The position numbers and the translations under genes are program-made. The notes beneath the pieces are model-generated. The model saw only the letters and a program-made list of their open reading frames with translations, ran no database searches and had not been told where the DNA came from. Positions 1-10,155 of a DNA stretch of 37,420 nt are shown piece after piece. How positions within the stretch are numbered: the stretch's first letter is position 1; the number at the start of each line of letters is the position of its first letter. Origin of the DNA: Candidatus Obscuribacteraceae bacterium (GTDB lineage Bacteria > Cyanobacteriota > Vampirovibrionia > Obscuribacterales > Obscuribacteraceae); assembly GCA_044229845.1 (NCBI GenBank), contig JBGASG010000020.1, positions 1 to 37,420 of the forward strand, written 5' to 3'.

Positions 1-1334
1 GGTCCGCGGCCAAAGCGCACCGCGACCAGAACCGTGCCCAACAAGTACATCATCACTACGTTGATCAGTTCGAAGAACGGCTGCATCAAGTAAGCAATGC
101 CGGTGCAAAAGGCAACGACAAGAATGGCGACGAGATATCTTGAGGGGCGGCTACTGGTCTGCCAGCGGCGCGGCTGAGAGCCGGGCGGACCCCCTTCATC
201 GCCGGTGATAACGTAGACGTCGATGGCGCCGCTTTGACGCACTATCTCATCCAGCACCGAGCCAAAAAACGCTTCTTTCCACCTGGGAGTCGCAGGCTTT
301 CCAACAATGATTTTCGATGCATTGAACTGGCGCGCACACTTGATGATTTCATCAGCGACACTCTCGCCGGTCACTTGCATCACTTCCGCACCCAGTTGTT
401 CTGCCAGTCGCAGGGTTTCGCTGACGCGATCGCGCTCTGACTCGGAACCAGCTGGTTGCCCCGTTTTTTGCACAGAAACTACCAGCCAGCGAGCCCGCAG
501 AGCAGTCGACATGCGGCGGGCGGCCCGCACCAGTTTCATAGACAGCGGGCTGGCGCTCACGCAGACGACGATTCGATCCGATACCGGCCAAGGTGCTTTG
601 ATGCGGCGCACTGCACGGTAGCGATTCATTTGTGCGTCGACTTGCTCGGCCGCGAAACGCATCGACATTTCGCGCAAAGCAATCAAGTTGCCTTTCTGGA
701 AGAAGTTCTCCAGGGCACTGGCTGCCCGTTCGCCTATGTAGACTTTGCCTTCTCGCAAGCGCTGCAGCAGGTCGTCGGTGGGCAGATCGACCAGCTCGAT
801 TTCGTCTGCCCGTTCCAGAAATGAATCTGGAATGCGCTCGCGCACTTGCACTCGCGTAATTTGAGCCACTTTGTCGTGCAGGCTTTCCAAATGCTGCACG
901 TTCAAAGCCGTGTAAACATCTATGCCTGCATCGAGCAGTTCTTGAATGTCTTGCCAGCGCTTGGCGTGACGACTGCCCGGTGCGTTTGTGTGCGCAAGTT
1001 CGTCGACCAGAATCAACTGGGGTCTGCGAGCCAGAGCGCCGTCCAGATCAAATTCCTTGAGAACGTTGCCGCGATACTCCACATCCTTGAGAGGCAGTAT
1101 TTCGAGTCCTTCCAGCAGCGCCAGAGTCTCCGGGCGTCCGTGCGATTCGGCATAGCCGATCACGACGTCCTGCCCTTCGGATTGCAATTGTTTCGCTTCT
1201 TGCAGCATCGTGTACGTCTTGCCGACGCCGGCTGCATAGCCGAAAAACAGTTTCAGTCGTCCGCGCGCGTGATCGCCGTTTTCCTCGTGGAGCAGGGAAA
1301 GGTAGGCTTCCGGATCTTTGCGTGCGTCATCCAT
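1..1334 (-). CDS. kdpD: Osmosensitive K+ sensor histidine kinase KdpD, N-terminal part (runs off the window start)
   Basis: Not in the ORF track. Manual minus-strand translation from ATG 1334 gives MDDARKDPEAYLSLL...RGRLKLFFGYAAGVGKTYTML (KdpD Walker-A-like motif); the same frame at the window edge gives VVMMYLLGTVLVAVRFGRG (TM segment). Lies directly downstream of kdpC. Confidence 0.95.
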   Translation of the reverse strand, partial: MDDARKDPEAYLSLLHEENGDHARGRLKLFFGYAAGVGKTYTMLQEAKQLQSEGQDVVIGYAESHGRPETLALLEGLEILPLKDVEYRGNVLKEFDLDGALARRPQLILVDELAHTNAPGSRHAKRWQDIQELLDAGIDVYTALNVQHLESLHDKVAQITRVQVRERIPDSFLERADEIELVDLPTDDLLQRLREGKVYIGERAASALENFFQKGNLIALREMSMRFAAEQVDAQMNRYRAVRRIKAPWPVSDRIVVCVSASPLSMKLVRAARRMSTALRARWLVVSVQKTGQPAGSESERDRVSETLRLAEQLGAEVMQVTGESVADEIIKCARQFNASKIIVGKPATPRWKEAFFGSVLDEIVRQSGAIDVYVITGDEGGPPGSQPRRWQTSSRPSRYLVAILVVAFCTGIAYLMQPFFELINVVMMYLLGTVLVAVRFGRG

Positions 1335-1350
1335 ACGGTCATAAACTAGC

Positions 1351-1932
1351 TCATTTTGCTGACTTATCCAATGAGAGATTCAATAGCAGGACGTTCACTC
1401 GGGGTTCGCCAAGCACACCCAATTGCATCGGTTCTGTCGCCGCCTCAATCAGCTTGTTAACTTCTTCGGCCGTCAGGTGGCGTTCGCGCGCAACACGGGC
1501 TGCCTGATATCGGGCCGCCGCTATACTGATGTGGGGATCCAGCCCGCTGCCCGATGATGTCACCAGATCGACCGGCGGCAGTTGAGTCTCCATTCCCGCG
1601 TCCGCAGCGGACGACGCGGCGAGGCGGTCCTTAGCGTTTTTGCTCAGTGCCGGGTTCAAAGGACCCAGGTTAGATCCGGAAGAGGCTGCGGCGTTGTAAG
1701 CAGGCGAAGTCGCTGAGGGACGGCTCCAGAAATAACGGCTGCTGGTGAACTCCTGACCGAGCAGGGCGGACCCGACTACGTTGCCGTTCACGCGCACCAG
1801 CGACCCGTTAGCTTTAGCCGGCCACAATACCTGGGCGATGCCGGTGATTGCCAGTGGATAGACAATACCCGTGATAATTGAGAGCACGACAAACAAGAGC
1901 CAGCATTGACGCAGTAGTTCGCTGATGTTCAT
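1351..1932 (-). CDS. kdpC: K+-transporting ATPase subunit C
   Basis: N-terminal TM helix; [22 protein letters not shown] and [15 protein letters not shown] motifs; 4-bp overlap with kdpB. Confidence 0.97.
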   Translation of the reverse strand: MNISELLRQCWLLFVVLSIITGIVYPLAITGIAQVLWPAKANGSLVRVNGNVVGSALLGQEFTSSRYFWSRPSATSPAYNAAASSGSNLGPLNPALSKNAKDRLAASSAADAGMETQLPPVDLVTSSGSGLDPHISIAAARYQAARVARERHLTAEEVNKLIEAATEPMQLGVLGEPRVNVLLLNLSLDKSAK

Positions 1933-4001
1933 ACCCAGTGCAATGCCTCGAGAATTAGATCGACTAATTTGATGCCTACAAACGGGACCACCAAGCCTCC
2001 CAGTCCGTAGATCAGCATGTTGTCGCGCAGGAGAACCGCGGCGCCGACAGGGCGATAACGCACACCGCGCAAAGCCAGAGGCAACAAGGCCAGAATTACC
2101 AGGGCGTTGAAGATGACTGCCGAGAGGATGGCGCTCTGCGGGCTGGCCAGATGCATGACGTTGAGCTGATTGAGCACCGGGTAAGTGGTGGCGAACGCCG
2201 CCGGAATAATTGCAAAATACTTAGCGACATCGTTGGCGATACTGAATGTGGTGAGAGCTCCGCGCGTCATCAAGAGTTGTTTCCCTATCTCGACTATCTC
2301 GATCAATTTGGTGGGATTGGAATCGAGGTCGACCATATTGCCTGCTTCCTTAGCCGCCTGAGTGCCTGTATTCATGGCGACGGCCACATCCGCTTGTGCC
2401 AGTGCGGGCGCATCGTTGGTTCCATCGCCAGTCATTGCCACCAGCCGACCGCCGGCCTGGGAATTGCGAATCAACTTCAGCTTGTCTTCAGGCGTTGCCT
2501 GCGCCAGATAGTCATCGACGCCGGCTTCTGCCGCAATTGCTGCCGCCGTCAATGGATTGTCCCCGGTGATCATTACGGTTTTGATGCCCATCGAGCGCAG
2601 TTCGGCAAAGCGTTCTTTGATGCCACCCTTGACGATATCTTTGAGCTGAATGACACCGAGAACGGTTTTTCCGTCCGCCACTACCAGCGGCGTGCCACCC
2701 TTCTTCGCGATATCGCTGACACTTGTGGAAACTGCCGCAGGAAGAGCGGCACCGCTTTCAGTAATAAACTTCTCAATGGCGTCGCAGGAGCCTTTGCGAA
2801 TTTTTCTGCCATTCATATCGACGCCGCTCATGCGTGTTTGGGCGGAGAAAGGCACAAACGTAGCTCCGAGAGAAAGCACGTTTCGTTCGCGAATTTGAAA
2901 CTGTTCCTTAGCCAGAACGACGATGCTGCGTCCTTCCGGAGTTTCATCCGAAAGCGATGAGAGTTGGGCTGCATCGGCGAGATCTCGCTCTGATACTCCC
3001 GGTGCTGGGATAAAGGCGGTCGCCTGACGGTTGCCGAGAGTGATCGTGCCGGTTTTATCGAGCAGCAGCACATCAACGTCGCCCGCGGCTTCCACCGCTC
3101 GACCGGACATGGCGATCACGTTTGCTTTGATCAGTCTGTCCATGCCGGCAATGCCGATGGCGGAGAGCAAGCCACCGATGGTTGTGGGAATCAGGCACAC
3201 GAGCAGTGCGATCAAAACGGTGACACTGACCACTGCGCCCTGTTTGTTGAGGACGACTGCATAAGCGGAATAGGGTTGAAGCGTGACAGTGACAAATAGA
3301 AAGATCAGCGTCATCGCCGCCAGCAGAATATTGAGCGCGATCTCATTCGGCGTCTTCTGGCGCTTGGCGCCCTCTACCATGCCAATCATGCGATCCAGAA
3401 AAGTTTCGCCGGGATTGGCCGAAATCTGAATCACCAGCCAATCGGACAGCACCCTGGTACCGCCTGTGACGGCGCTGCGGTCGCCGCCGCTTTCTCGAAT
3501 AACGGGAGCGCTTTCGCCCGTGATGGCGCTCTCATCAACTGAGGCGACACCTTCGATGACTTCTCCATCGCCAGGTATGGTCTCGCCGGCCTCAACCAGT
3601 ACGACATCACCCTTGCGCAGGCTGCTGCCGGAAACCATCTCTTGCGCCGCACCGTATCGCGGTTCGGCAAGTTTTTTGGTGGTCACATCTTTGCGAGCTT
3701 GCTTGAGCGCTTGCGCCTGAGCCTTGCCCCGTCCTTCCGCCATTGCTTCGGAGAAATTGGCAAAAAGCACCGTGAACCAGAGCCAGATGGAAATCGAGAA
3801 AATGAACGAAGCCGGCGCATCTGCTGTCCCGGTGAGAGCCAGGCATCCGAGGACCGTCGTGAAGAGACTGCCCAGTTCGACAATAAACATGACCGGGTTG
3901 CGAATCTGCACCCGCGGATCGAGCTTGAGAAGCGCATCGAGACAGGCCCGTTTTACTATAGGCAGATCAAAGAGAGGGCGTGCTTTCTTGTTGGAACTCA
4001 T
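1929..4001 (-). CDS. kdpB: K+-transporting P-type ATPase subunit B
   Basis: TGES, DKTGT phosphorylation site, TGDN and [10 protein letters not shown] motifs; 690 aa. Confidence 0.98.
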   Translation of the reverse strand: MSSNKKARPLFDLPIVKRACLDALLKLDPRVQIRNPVMFIVELGSLFTTVLGCLALTGTADAPASFIFSISIWLWFTVLFANFSEAMAEGRGKAQAQALKQARKDVTTKKLAEPRYGAAQEMVSGSSLRKGDVVLVEAGETIPGDGEVIEGVASVDESAITGESAPVIRESGGDRSAVTGGTRVLSDWLVIQISANPGETFLDRMIGMVEGAKRQKTPNEIALNILLAAMTLIFLFVTVTLQPYSAYAVVLNKQGAVVSVTVLIALLVCLIPTTIGGLLSAIGIAGMDRLIKANVIAMSGRAVEAAGDVDVLLLDKTGTITLGNRQATAFIPAPGVSERDLADAAQLSSLSDETPEGRSIVVLAKEQFQIRERNVLSLGATFVPFSAQTRMSGVDMNGRKIRKGSCDAIEKFITESGAALPAAVSTSVSDIAKKGGTPLVVADGKTVLGVIQLKDIVKGGIKERFAELRSMGIKTVMITGDNPLTAAAIAAEAGVDDYLAQATPEDKLKLIRNSQAGGRLVAMTGDGTNDAPALAQADVAVAMNTGTQAAKEAGNMVDLDSNPTKLIEIVEIGKQLLMTRGALTTFSIANDVAKYFAIIPAAFATTYPVLNQLNVMHLASPQSAILSAVIFNALVILALLPLALRGVRYRPVGAAVLLRDNMLIYGLGGLVVPFVGIKLVDLILEALHWV

Positions 4002-5809
4002 TTCGTCTCCACCCCCGTTTTTCCGGCGGCGATCATGTTCAGGTGCTCAACGACCGGTCCCAGGGCCAGTGCCGGCACAAATGTCAGAGCGCCGACGATT
4101 AGCACCACGCTCACCAGTAGAGTGACGAACAGCAGGTTGTGAGTGGGCATGGTGCCGAGACTGGCCGGTACCAGCTTCTTGCGAGACAGCGAGCCGGCCA
4201 CTGCCAGGACGGGGATCGCCAACCAGTAGCGGGCACAGAACATAGCGATGCCCAGCGCGTAATTGTAAAAGGGGGTGTTGGCACCCAATCCGGCAAAGGC
4301 GCTGCCGTTGTTGTTGCCGGCTGATGAAAAGGCATATAAAACCTCACTGAAGCCGTGCGCCCCGGGGTTGAACACCGTTGCTTTGCCCGGGTCGCAAGAT
4401 ACCGCGACGGCAGTGCCTACCAGCACTACAAATGGTGGCACCAGAATCACCAGCGACGACATCTTAATTTCGAAAGACTCTATCTTCTTGCCGAGATACT
4501 CCGGAGTTCGTCCTACCATCAATCCGGCAATGAAAACGGCAATCAGGGCAAATATCAACATGCCGTATAGCCCAGAACCTACGCCCCCGTAGATCACCTC
4601 ACCCAGTTGCATGAGAAACATCGGACACAATCCGCCCAGCGGGTTATAAGAGTCATGCATGGAATTGACTGAGCCATTTGAGGCGGCGGTGGTGGCAACC
4701 GCCCAGATGGCGGAATTGGCTATGCCAAAGCGCGTCTCTTTGCCCTCCATATTGCCACCAGGGTTGACGTCAGTCATGGCGGCATCGACTTTCAGTGCTG
4801 ACAGTTGCGGCGAGATCGTCGACTCGCTGACCAGGCAACCGGCCAAACAAAAGATCCAGATAATGCTCATCGCGGCGAGCATGGCAATCCCCTGTCTCGT
4901 GTCTCCTACCATTTTTCCGAAGGTGAAGCATAGTGCGGCAGAGATAACAAGAATCGAGATGGACTCCGCTAAATTGGCGAGCGGTGTTGGATTCTCGAAT
5001 GGGTGAGAAGAGTTGACGTTGAAGAAGCCACCGCCATTGGTGCCCAACTGTTTAATTGCAATCTGAGAAGCGGCGGGACCGACAGCTATCAATGGCGCCG
5101 GTGCCGCCGCGGCCCGTTGCGCTAATGCTGCGGCCGTGGACGCAGTGGCGGTCTGCGTGGCACCAACTTTCTCGAGCGGGGTGTATGCGGTGTACGCGTC
5201 AAAAGTTTGCACTGCTCCTTCAAAAGACAAGATTAGAGCCAGGACAACCGACAATGGTAAAAGGACGTAGTATGCACTGCGCACCAGATCAACCCAGAAG
5301 TTGCCGATTGTCGACTTGTCTTGCACGGTGAAGGCCCTGATCAGGGCGATCAAAACTGCAATGCCGGCCGCTGCCGAAACAAAGTTTTGCACATTGAGAG
5401 ACAGCATTTGAGTCAGATAAGACATGGTGGTTTCGCCACCGTAACCCTGCCAGTTTGTGTTGCTGACGAAACTGATGGCCGTGTTGAATGACGAATCAGC
5501 CGAAACGGGTCCGAGATGCTGCGGGTTGAGCGGCAAATATCCTTGCAGGCGTTGCAGCCCGTATGTGACGAAAAGCCCCAGTGCCTGAAACAGCATCATC
5601 GCGACCGCGTAGGTCTGCCAGTTCATCTCACCCGAGGGGTCGATGCCACATATTTTGTATGTGAGTTTTTCCAGAGGCTCGATGACTGGATGCAAAAAGG
5701 TCTTCTTACTGTCGGTGAAGACCTTTGCCATGTAAAGTCCCAGTGGCACGGAGAGACCGAGCAAGATAACCAGATAAATTGCGATTTGCAGACCGGAATG
5801 CAGATTCAT
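3998..5809 (-). CDS. kdpA: K+-transporting ATPase subunit A
   Basis: [21 protein letters not shown] and NNNGSAF pore-loop motifs; [11 protein letters not shown]. Confidence 0.98.
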   Translation of the reverse strand: MNLHSGLQIAIYLVILLGLSVPLGLYMAKVFTDSKKTFLHPVIEPLEKLTYKICGIDPSGEMNWQTYAVAMMLFQALGLFVTYGLQRLQGYLPLNPQHLGPVSADSSFNTAISFVSNTNWQGYGGETTMSYLTQMLSLNVQNFVSAAAGIAVLIALIRAFTVQDKSTIGNFWVDLVRSAYYVLLPLSVVLALILSFEGAVQTFDAYTAYTPLEKVGATQTATASTAAALAQRAAAAPAPLIAVGPAASQIAIKQLGTNGGGFFNVNSSHPFENPTPLANLAESISILVISAALCFTFGKMVGDTRQGIAMLAAMSIIWIFCLAGCLVSESTISPQLSALKVDAAMTDVNPGGNMEGKETRFGIANSAIWAVATTAASNGSVNSMHDSYNPLGGLCPMFLMQLGEVIYGGVGSGLYGMLIFALIAVFIAGLMVGRTPEYLGKKIESFEIKMSSLVILVPPFVVLVGTAVAVSCDPGKATVFNPGAHGFSEVLYAFSSAGNNNGSAFAGLGANTPFYNYALGIAMFCARYWLAIPVLAVAGSLSRKKLVPASLGTMPTHNLLFVTLLVSVVLIVGALTFVPALALGPVVEHLNMIAAGKTGVETK

Positions 5810-5898
5810 GCGAAAAGTTCCGGCTTCAGCAGAGCAACGAACAGATAAATGATCAAAAGCAACGCTGTGATACCAGCCACCAGCTGAATGGCAACCAT
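5806..5898 (-). CDS. kdpF: KdpF small subunit, 30 aa ([30 protein letters not shown])
   Basis: YLFVALLKPELF signature; GAGGA Shine-Dalgarno before ATG 5898; ATGA overlap with kdpA. Confidence 0.93.
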   Translation of the reverse strand: MVAIQLVAGITALLLIIYLFVALLKPELFA

Positions 5899-5933
5899 AA
5901 TAGTTTCCTCAGTTCCTCGATTTCGAGAGCATG

Positions 5934-6023
5934 TCAATTCGACAATTCTGCGCACAAACGCAAAAGCAAAAACGCCGATCCCAGGAGGAGCGACAAAGTT
6001 GCCAGTGCCATTAAGTCTTCCAT
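5934..6023 (-). CDS. 29-aa hydrophobic peptide upstream of kdpF (KdpZ-like): MEDLMALATLSLLLGSAFLLLRLCAELSN
   Basis: Manual translation; GGAGA SD 7 nt before ATG 6023; TGA at 5934-5936; a single TM-length hydrophobic stretch. Confidence 0.75.
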   Translation of the reverse strand: MEDLMALATLSLLLGSAFLLLRLCAELSN

Positions 6024-6068
6024 CTGCTTTTCTCCGATCAAGTAATAAAGCCGCAGCCGTCAGGCGGT

Positions 6069-6109
6069 CGTCAAAAATTGCCACGCCCCTATCAAAATTT
6101 TGCAAAGAT
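6069..6109 (-). promoter_or_regulatory. Candidate KdpE-binding direct repeats / kdp promoter region
   Basis: Imperfect repeats on the + strand: CGTCAAAAAT (6069), TATCAAAATT (6090), TTGCAAAGAT (6100), with 21- and 10-bp spacing, upstream of the kdp operon. Confidence 0.4.
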
Positions 6110-6124
6110 AAGCGCTGATGAGCT

Positions 6125-6151
6125 GTTTAGCCCTCTGTCCGGCGCGGGTAT
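6125..6151 (+). promoter_or_regulatory. SigB/SigF-type promoter motif GTTT-N17-GGGTAT before the kinase pair
   Basis: GTTT 6125-6128, 17-nt spacer, GGGTAT 6146-6151, 13 nt before ATG 6165. Confidence 0.5.
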
Positions 6152-6164
6152 CTACATATACAAG

Positions 6165-7910
6165 ATGAGTGAGTTTGACGTCGGCAGTGTCATCGACAAT
6201 CGCTTTCAAATCGTCTCGCGTTTGGGCGAAGGCGGCATGGGCGTCGTTTACGAAGCGCTGCATCAGGAGATGAATCGGACCGTCGCTCTGAAAGCCTTGA
6301 AAGCGGTGATAGATCGCGAGCCTGAGAAGCTGGCGCGTTTTCGCAATGAAGCGCAGGTTATGAGCTCTCTCCAGCATCCCAACATCGTATCCGTCTATTC
6401 GATTGGATTGGCCGAAAGCGGCAGTCCGTATATCGCCATGGAATTGCTTTCCGGGCGCAGTCTTTCTTCGATAATTCGCGAGGATGGACCTTTGCCGTAC
6501 ACAGCCGCTCTGCCGCTATTCATGCAGCTTTGTGACGCGCTCCAGCATGCACACGCGCTGCAAGTCATTCATCGTGACATAAAGCCAAGCAATCTGATTA
6601 TCGAGATGCGCGATGGCGAGCCGCAACTGAAGGTGCTGGACTTCGGCATAGCCAAAGTATTAGGCTCGGAACAGCAGTTGACCGCAACGACAGCGCTGGT
6701 CGGCAGTGTTTTTTATATGAGCCCGGGGCAGTGCGAAGGGCGCAGCGTCGATGTGCGCAGCGACATTTATTCACTGGGCTGCACGATGTTCGAGACGCTG
6801 GCGGGTTGTCCGCCGTTCAATCCTGATTCACTGGCGGAGCTGGTTGTCAGCCATCGCGATCGCGTGCCGCCGCGCGTCAACGAACTGAATGCCGCGGCCA
6901 ATATTCCTCAGTCTCTAGAACGTTTGCTTGCCTGTTGTCTTGAGAAGGACGAACGCCACCGCTACCAATCGATGGCGGAGTTGCGCGCTGATTTGCGGCA
7001 GGTGGCGAGCGGCGATAGCCCCCGGCATATCCCAGAGAAGCAGACCGGGCTGCCGGCTCCGTCGCGCACTTCGAATCCCAGACGCGGACGCTGGCCGATT
7101 GTATTTTTGACGGTGCTCTGCATGGTGGCGCTGATGGTGCCGGTTGTCACTTTCGTCACGCGGGTGCCGGACAAACTCCCGGAAGATCCTTATGCCAACT
7201 TCGGCAAAGACGAACTGTTGCTCAGGGAGCAACAACTTCTGACGCAGGAAGACTCGTTGCACCATGAGGAGAAATTCGCCGAGATGGAAAAGGTTATGGC
7301 TGAAGCTGATCGCCTCAAGCCGTATCTCAAGATGGATCCGGACCTGCAGGCGCGCATCGATGGTAAGCGCGGCGCCTTGACCTACACGCGGGCAAGAGAC
7401 TCGGCGGTCGGGCAGGAGCAGCACGATTTGCTCATTGATTGCCAGTCGCCGCTGGAAGTGGCAATCAATGAGTACGATCAGGCTCGCTTGATGTTTGGTA
7501 TGCGACATGACACGCACTCCCGGAAACGAGTGCAGCGGATGCTTGGCGAGGAATCCCACAACCTGACGTTTCTCAGGGAGTCGGCGCAAATGCTCAAGCA
7601 GCGAGACAAGGCAGAATCGGCGGCAGAGAAAATGATCCAGTTATCAAAAGCGATGGACATGCCTATGGAGTATGGCGAATCTGAGCGCTGCCAGAAAGCG
7701 TATTTGTATCTAATTGAAGCCGGATTGTTGAGAAAGCAACCTGAGCCCGCGCTGAACTGGACCAGGCAGCTGATGCACTTTTACAAGCTTCAGAAATTCG
7801 ACAAAGAGTACGCGGTCGTGAAGAAGGAAACGATTTTGGCTCTCTGGGAGAAATACTGTCCGCAGCGCAGAGCCGACGTACTGAAGCTGTTCAAGGCGGA
7901 AGCCTGGTGA
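6165..7910 (+). CDS. Hanks-type Ser/Thr protein kinase with a TM helix and helical C-terminal domain
   Basis: GEGGMG, VALK, HRDIKPSN, DFG; TM WPIVFLTVLCMVALMVPVVTFV. Start moved to ATG 6165 (MSEFDVGS) to match the paralogue. Confidence 0.93.
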   Translation: MSEFDVGSVIDNRFQIVSRLGEGGMGVVYEALHQEMNRTVALKALKAVIDREPEKLARFRNEAQVMSSLQHPNIVSVYSIGLAESGSPYIAMELLSGRSLSSIIREDGPLPYTAALPLFMQLCDALQHAHALQVIHRDIKPSNLIIEMRDGEPQLKVLDFGIAKVLGSEQQLTATTALVGSVFYMSPGQCEGRSVDVRSDIYSLGCTMFETLAGCPPFNPDSLAELVVSHRDRVPPRVNELNAAANIPQSLERLLACCLEKDERHRYQSMAELRADLRQVASGDSPRHIPEKQTGLPAPSRTSNPRRGRWPIVFLTVLCMVALMVPVVTFVTRVPDKLPEDPYANFGKDELLLREQQLLTQEDSLHHEEKFAEMEKVMAEADRLKPYLKMDPDLQARIDGKRGALTYTRARDSAVGQEQHDLLIDCQSPLEVAINEYDQARLMFGMRHDTHSRKRVQRMLGEESHNLTFLRESAQMLKQRDKAESAAEKMIQLSKAMDMPMEYGESERCQKAYLYLIEAGLLRKQPEPALNWTRQLMHFYKLQKFDKEYAVVKKETILALWEKYCPQRRADVLKLFKAEAW

Positions 7911-7925
7911 GGACGCAGCAGCGCT

Positions 7926-9659
7926 ATGGCTGAAATTTCTGCCGGCAGTATTGTCGACGACCGATTCGAAATTGTCTCGCCTCTCGGTGAAGGAGGCATG
8001 GGATCCGTTTACAAAGCCATTCATCGCGAGATGCAGCGAACAGTGGCATTGAAACTGCTGAAGGCATCGCTCGTCACCCATACCGATGCTCTCTCGCGGT
8101 TCCGTCGCGAAGCGCAGGTGATCAGTGCGCTCGATCATCCCAACATTGTTTCAGTCTACTCAGTAGGAGCTGGAACCGATGGCGTTCCTTATATAGCGAT
8201 GGAATTTCTGCAGGGACAAACCCTGGCGCAGACAATCAAGCGCGATGGTGCTCTTGCCTGGCGGGAGGCGCTACCTCTGTTTATGCAGATCTGTGACGGG
8301 CTGAGTCAGGCGCACAGGAAGGGGATCATTCACCGAGATTTGAAGCCCGGCAATCTGGTGATTGAACGCAAGGACGAAACAGTCACCGTCAAAATCGTCG
8401 ACTTCGGCATCTCAAAAATTCTCAGCGCTGAGCAGGGACTGACCAAGACTTCCGCCGTCATCGGCAGCGTTCTGTATATGAGTCCGGAACAAGCAACGGG
8501 TGGTGTACCGACAGGGTCCAGCGACATCTATTCTCTGGGCTGCACACTTTTTGAAGCATTGGTTGGGCGCCCGCCTTTTGGGGGCGACAGTGTCGCCGAA
8601 ACCGCGATGCAGCACCAACAAGCTGTGGCGCCGGCACTTTCGTCTTTAGTGCCAAATCTGCCGACGGCGCTCGACCGGGTAATGTGGTGCTGTCTGGAAA
8701 AGGATCCGCTCAGGCGGTACCAGACGGCCGATGCTTTGAAAGAGGATTTAGACAACGTTTTGCATGCGCGTCCACTGCAAAACGTCCCGGACGGGCAAGG
8801 GAGTTCGTCCGACAACTCGAGGTTCCGGTTCGTGAGAGGCACACGCGGCGGGTCTACTCTACGTCAATATCTGTTGCCGCTTGCGGTACTATGCGTGGTG
8901 GCGGTCTTTGGTGTTGGAGCCTACTCGACTCTATATGAGAAATCAAAGCGAACGCCTGGTGCTTCAGAGACAGACGATGCGCCACAGCGGGCACACGCGG
9001 AATTGTTGCTTACCAAAGTCTATGATCTGGTCGATAGAGGAAAACTGGCCGAGGCAGAAGCTGCGCTCCAAGAAGCTGATGATTATGCAAAACCATTACA
9101 GGATCCCTACTTGGACGGTAACCGGTTATGGAGTCGAGCGCGAATACAGTTCAGGCAAGCGCAGTTGCTGCAGCAAGGGACGAAAGGCCGCCGCGACCTG
9201 GTCAAGAAGGCTGAGGAAAATTATGTGACTGCCTACGACTATATCGATCGCGCCCGCGCGACTGCTCTTGCGGATGGCGAGCGCTTGCGCCTGAAAAAGG
9301 CAGAGGACCTCGAGATGCTGTACTTTCACGACGCCTACGAACTGTTGGCGAAGACTCGGAACCCCAGGCCGTTGCCGACCTTGTCCAGGGAACTCGCAGA
9401 TTTCATCGTCGCTCGCGGCACCAAGTTGAGTAAAGAAGAACGTTCGTTTTTCGATGGCATGACAGCGCAAGCGATCGAGGAGTGCGTGCGCGCCAAAGAT
9501 AAGCGCGTGGCGAAACTGGTGATGGCTAGAGCGAGAGCGTGCCGGCAGCAGGGCTACGCGCGCTCCCAAATCGATGAAGAGATTTCCAGGGATGCAAATG
9601 CTGTTCAGGCGTTCAATCCTGACAGTGCTGAAGCGATCAGAAGCCTGCTGCTCAACTAG
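7926..9659 (+). CDS. Hanks-type Ser/Thr protein kinase with a TM helix and helical (TPR-like) C-terminal domain
   Basis: GEGGMG, VALK, HRDLKPGN, DFG, YMSPEQ; TM YLLPLAVLCVVAVFGVGAY. Confidence 0.94.
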   Translation: MAEISAGSIVDDRFEIVSPLGEGGMGSVYKAIHREMQRTVALKLLKASLVTHTDALSRFRREAQVISALDHPNIVSVYSVGAGTDGVPYIAMEFLQGQTLAQTIKRDGALAWREALPLFMQICDGLSQAHRKGIIHRDLKPGNLVIERKDETVTVKIVDFGISKILSAEQGLTKTSAVIGSVLYMSPEQATGGVPTGSSDIYSLGCTLFEALVGRPPFGGDSVAETAMQHQQAVAPALSSLVPNLPTALDRVMWCCLEKDPLRRYQTADALKEDLDNVLHARPLQNVPDGQGSSSDNSRFRFVRGTRGGSTLRQYLLPLAVLCVVAVFGVGAYSTLYEKSKRTPGASETDDAPQRAHAELLLTKVYDLVDRGKLAEAEAALQEADDYAKPLQDPYLDGNRLWSRARIQFRQAQLLQQGTKGRRDLVKKAEENYVTAYDYIDRARATALADGERLRLKKAEDLEMLYFHDAYELLAKTRNPRPLPTLSRELADFIVARGTKLSKEERSFFDGMTAQAIEECVRAKDKRVAKLVMARARACRQQGYARSQIDEEISRDANAVQAFNPDSAEAIRSLLLN

Positions 9660-9677
9660 TTGAACAGCTACAAGTAA

Positions 9678-10099
9678 CTACTGCTTCAGTGCTTCGTAGC
9701 TGATTCCGGCAATCGCGGCCACAGCCAGTCCACCAATCACAATCGGCTTCGGTGTCAGCAAGCTGTACCAGGGAAGGCGTGGCGCATATAGTATGGAGGC
9801 TGCGACATCACCGCGACCCAAAAATCCGAAAGCGATCGCGCCTCCGACTTTGGACAACGGCTCAACCGCCCGACCGAGTGCATATTCACCAAGCGCGGTG
9901 GCGGCGCTTCCAGCCACAAAGCCGTGCCAGCGACAACGGCAGTATCAAGTCCGAGTGCGGATCCACCGCTTGTTTGTTTTGCCAGTCCCATCGCGTGCTG
10001 ACTTAGTATGTCGCGTGTTTCGTCGCCGCGCCTGTTCTGAAAAGCAGACAAAACATCTTCTTTAGGGGACGGTTCGGTAGTTTCTCCAGGGAAAGTCAT
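9678..10099 (-). pseudogene. Small Gly/Ala-rich hydrophobic protein (about 140 aa) interrupted by a 1-bp deletion at 9918-9920; paralogue of 10156..10593
   Basis: The N-terminal half (MTFPGETTEP...AVVAGTA) and C-terminal half (FVAGSAATALG...TPKPIVIGG...YEALKQ) are in different frames. Adding one T (GCTTTGTG to GCTTTTGTG) restores AGTAFV as in the paralogue. GAGGA SD present. Confidence 0.8.
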
Positions 10100-10155
10100 T
10101 ATGGATTCCTCTGTGGACGGAAAAGAGGGAAAGGAAAAGGGAAAAGGTTCTGCGA

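Noticed and set aside
5806..6105. 99-aa minus-strand ORF in the track
   Set aside because: It is an upstream extension of kdpF. The SD-supported start is 5898, and the extension overlaps the better-supported 29-aa ORF in another frame.
9915..9925. Programmed ribosomal frameshift
   Set aside because: There is no slippery heptamer or obvious stimulatory structure, and the paralogue is simply in frame with one more T.
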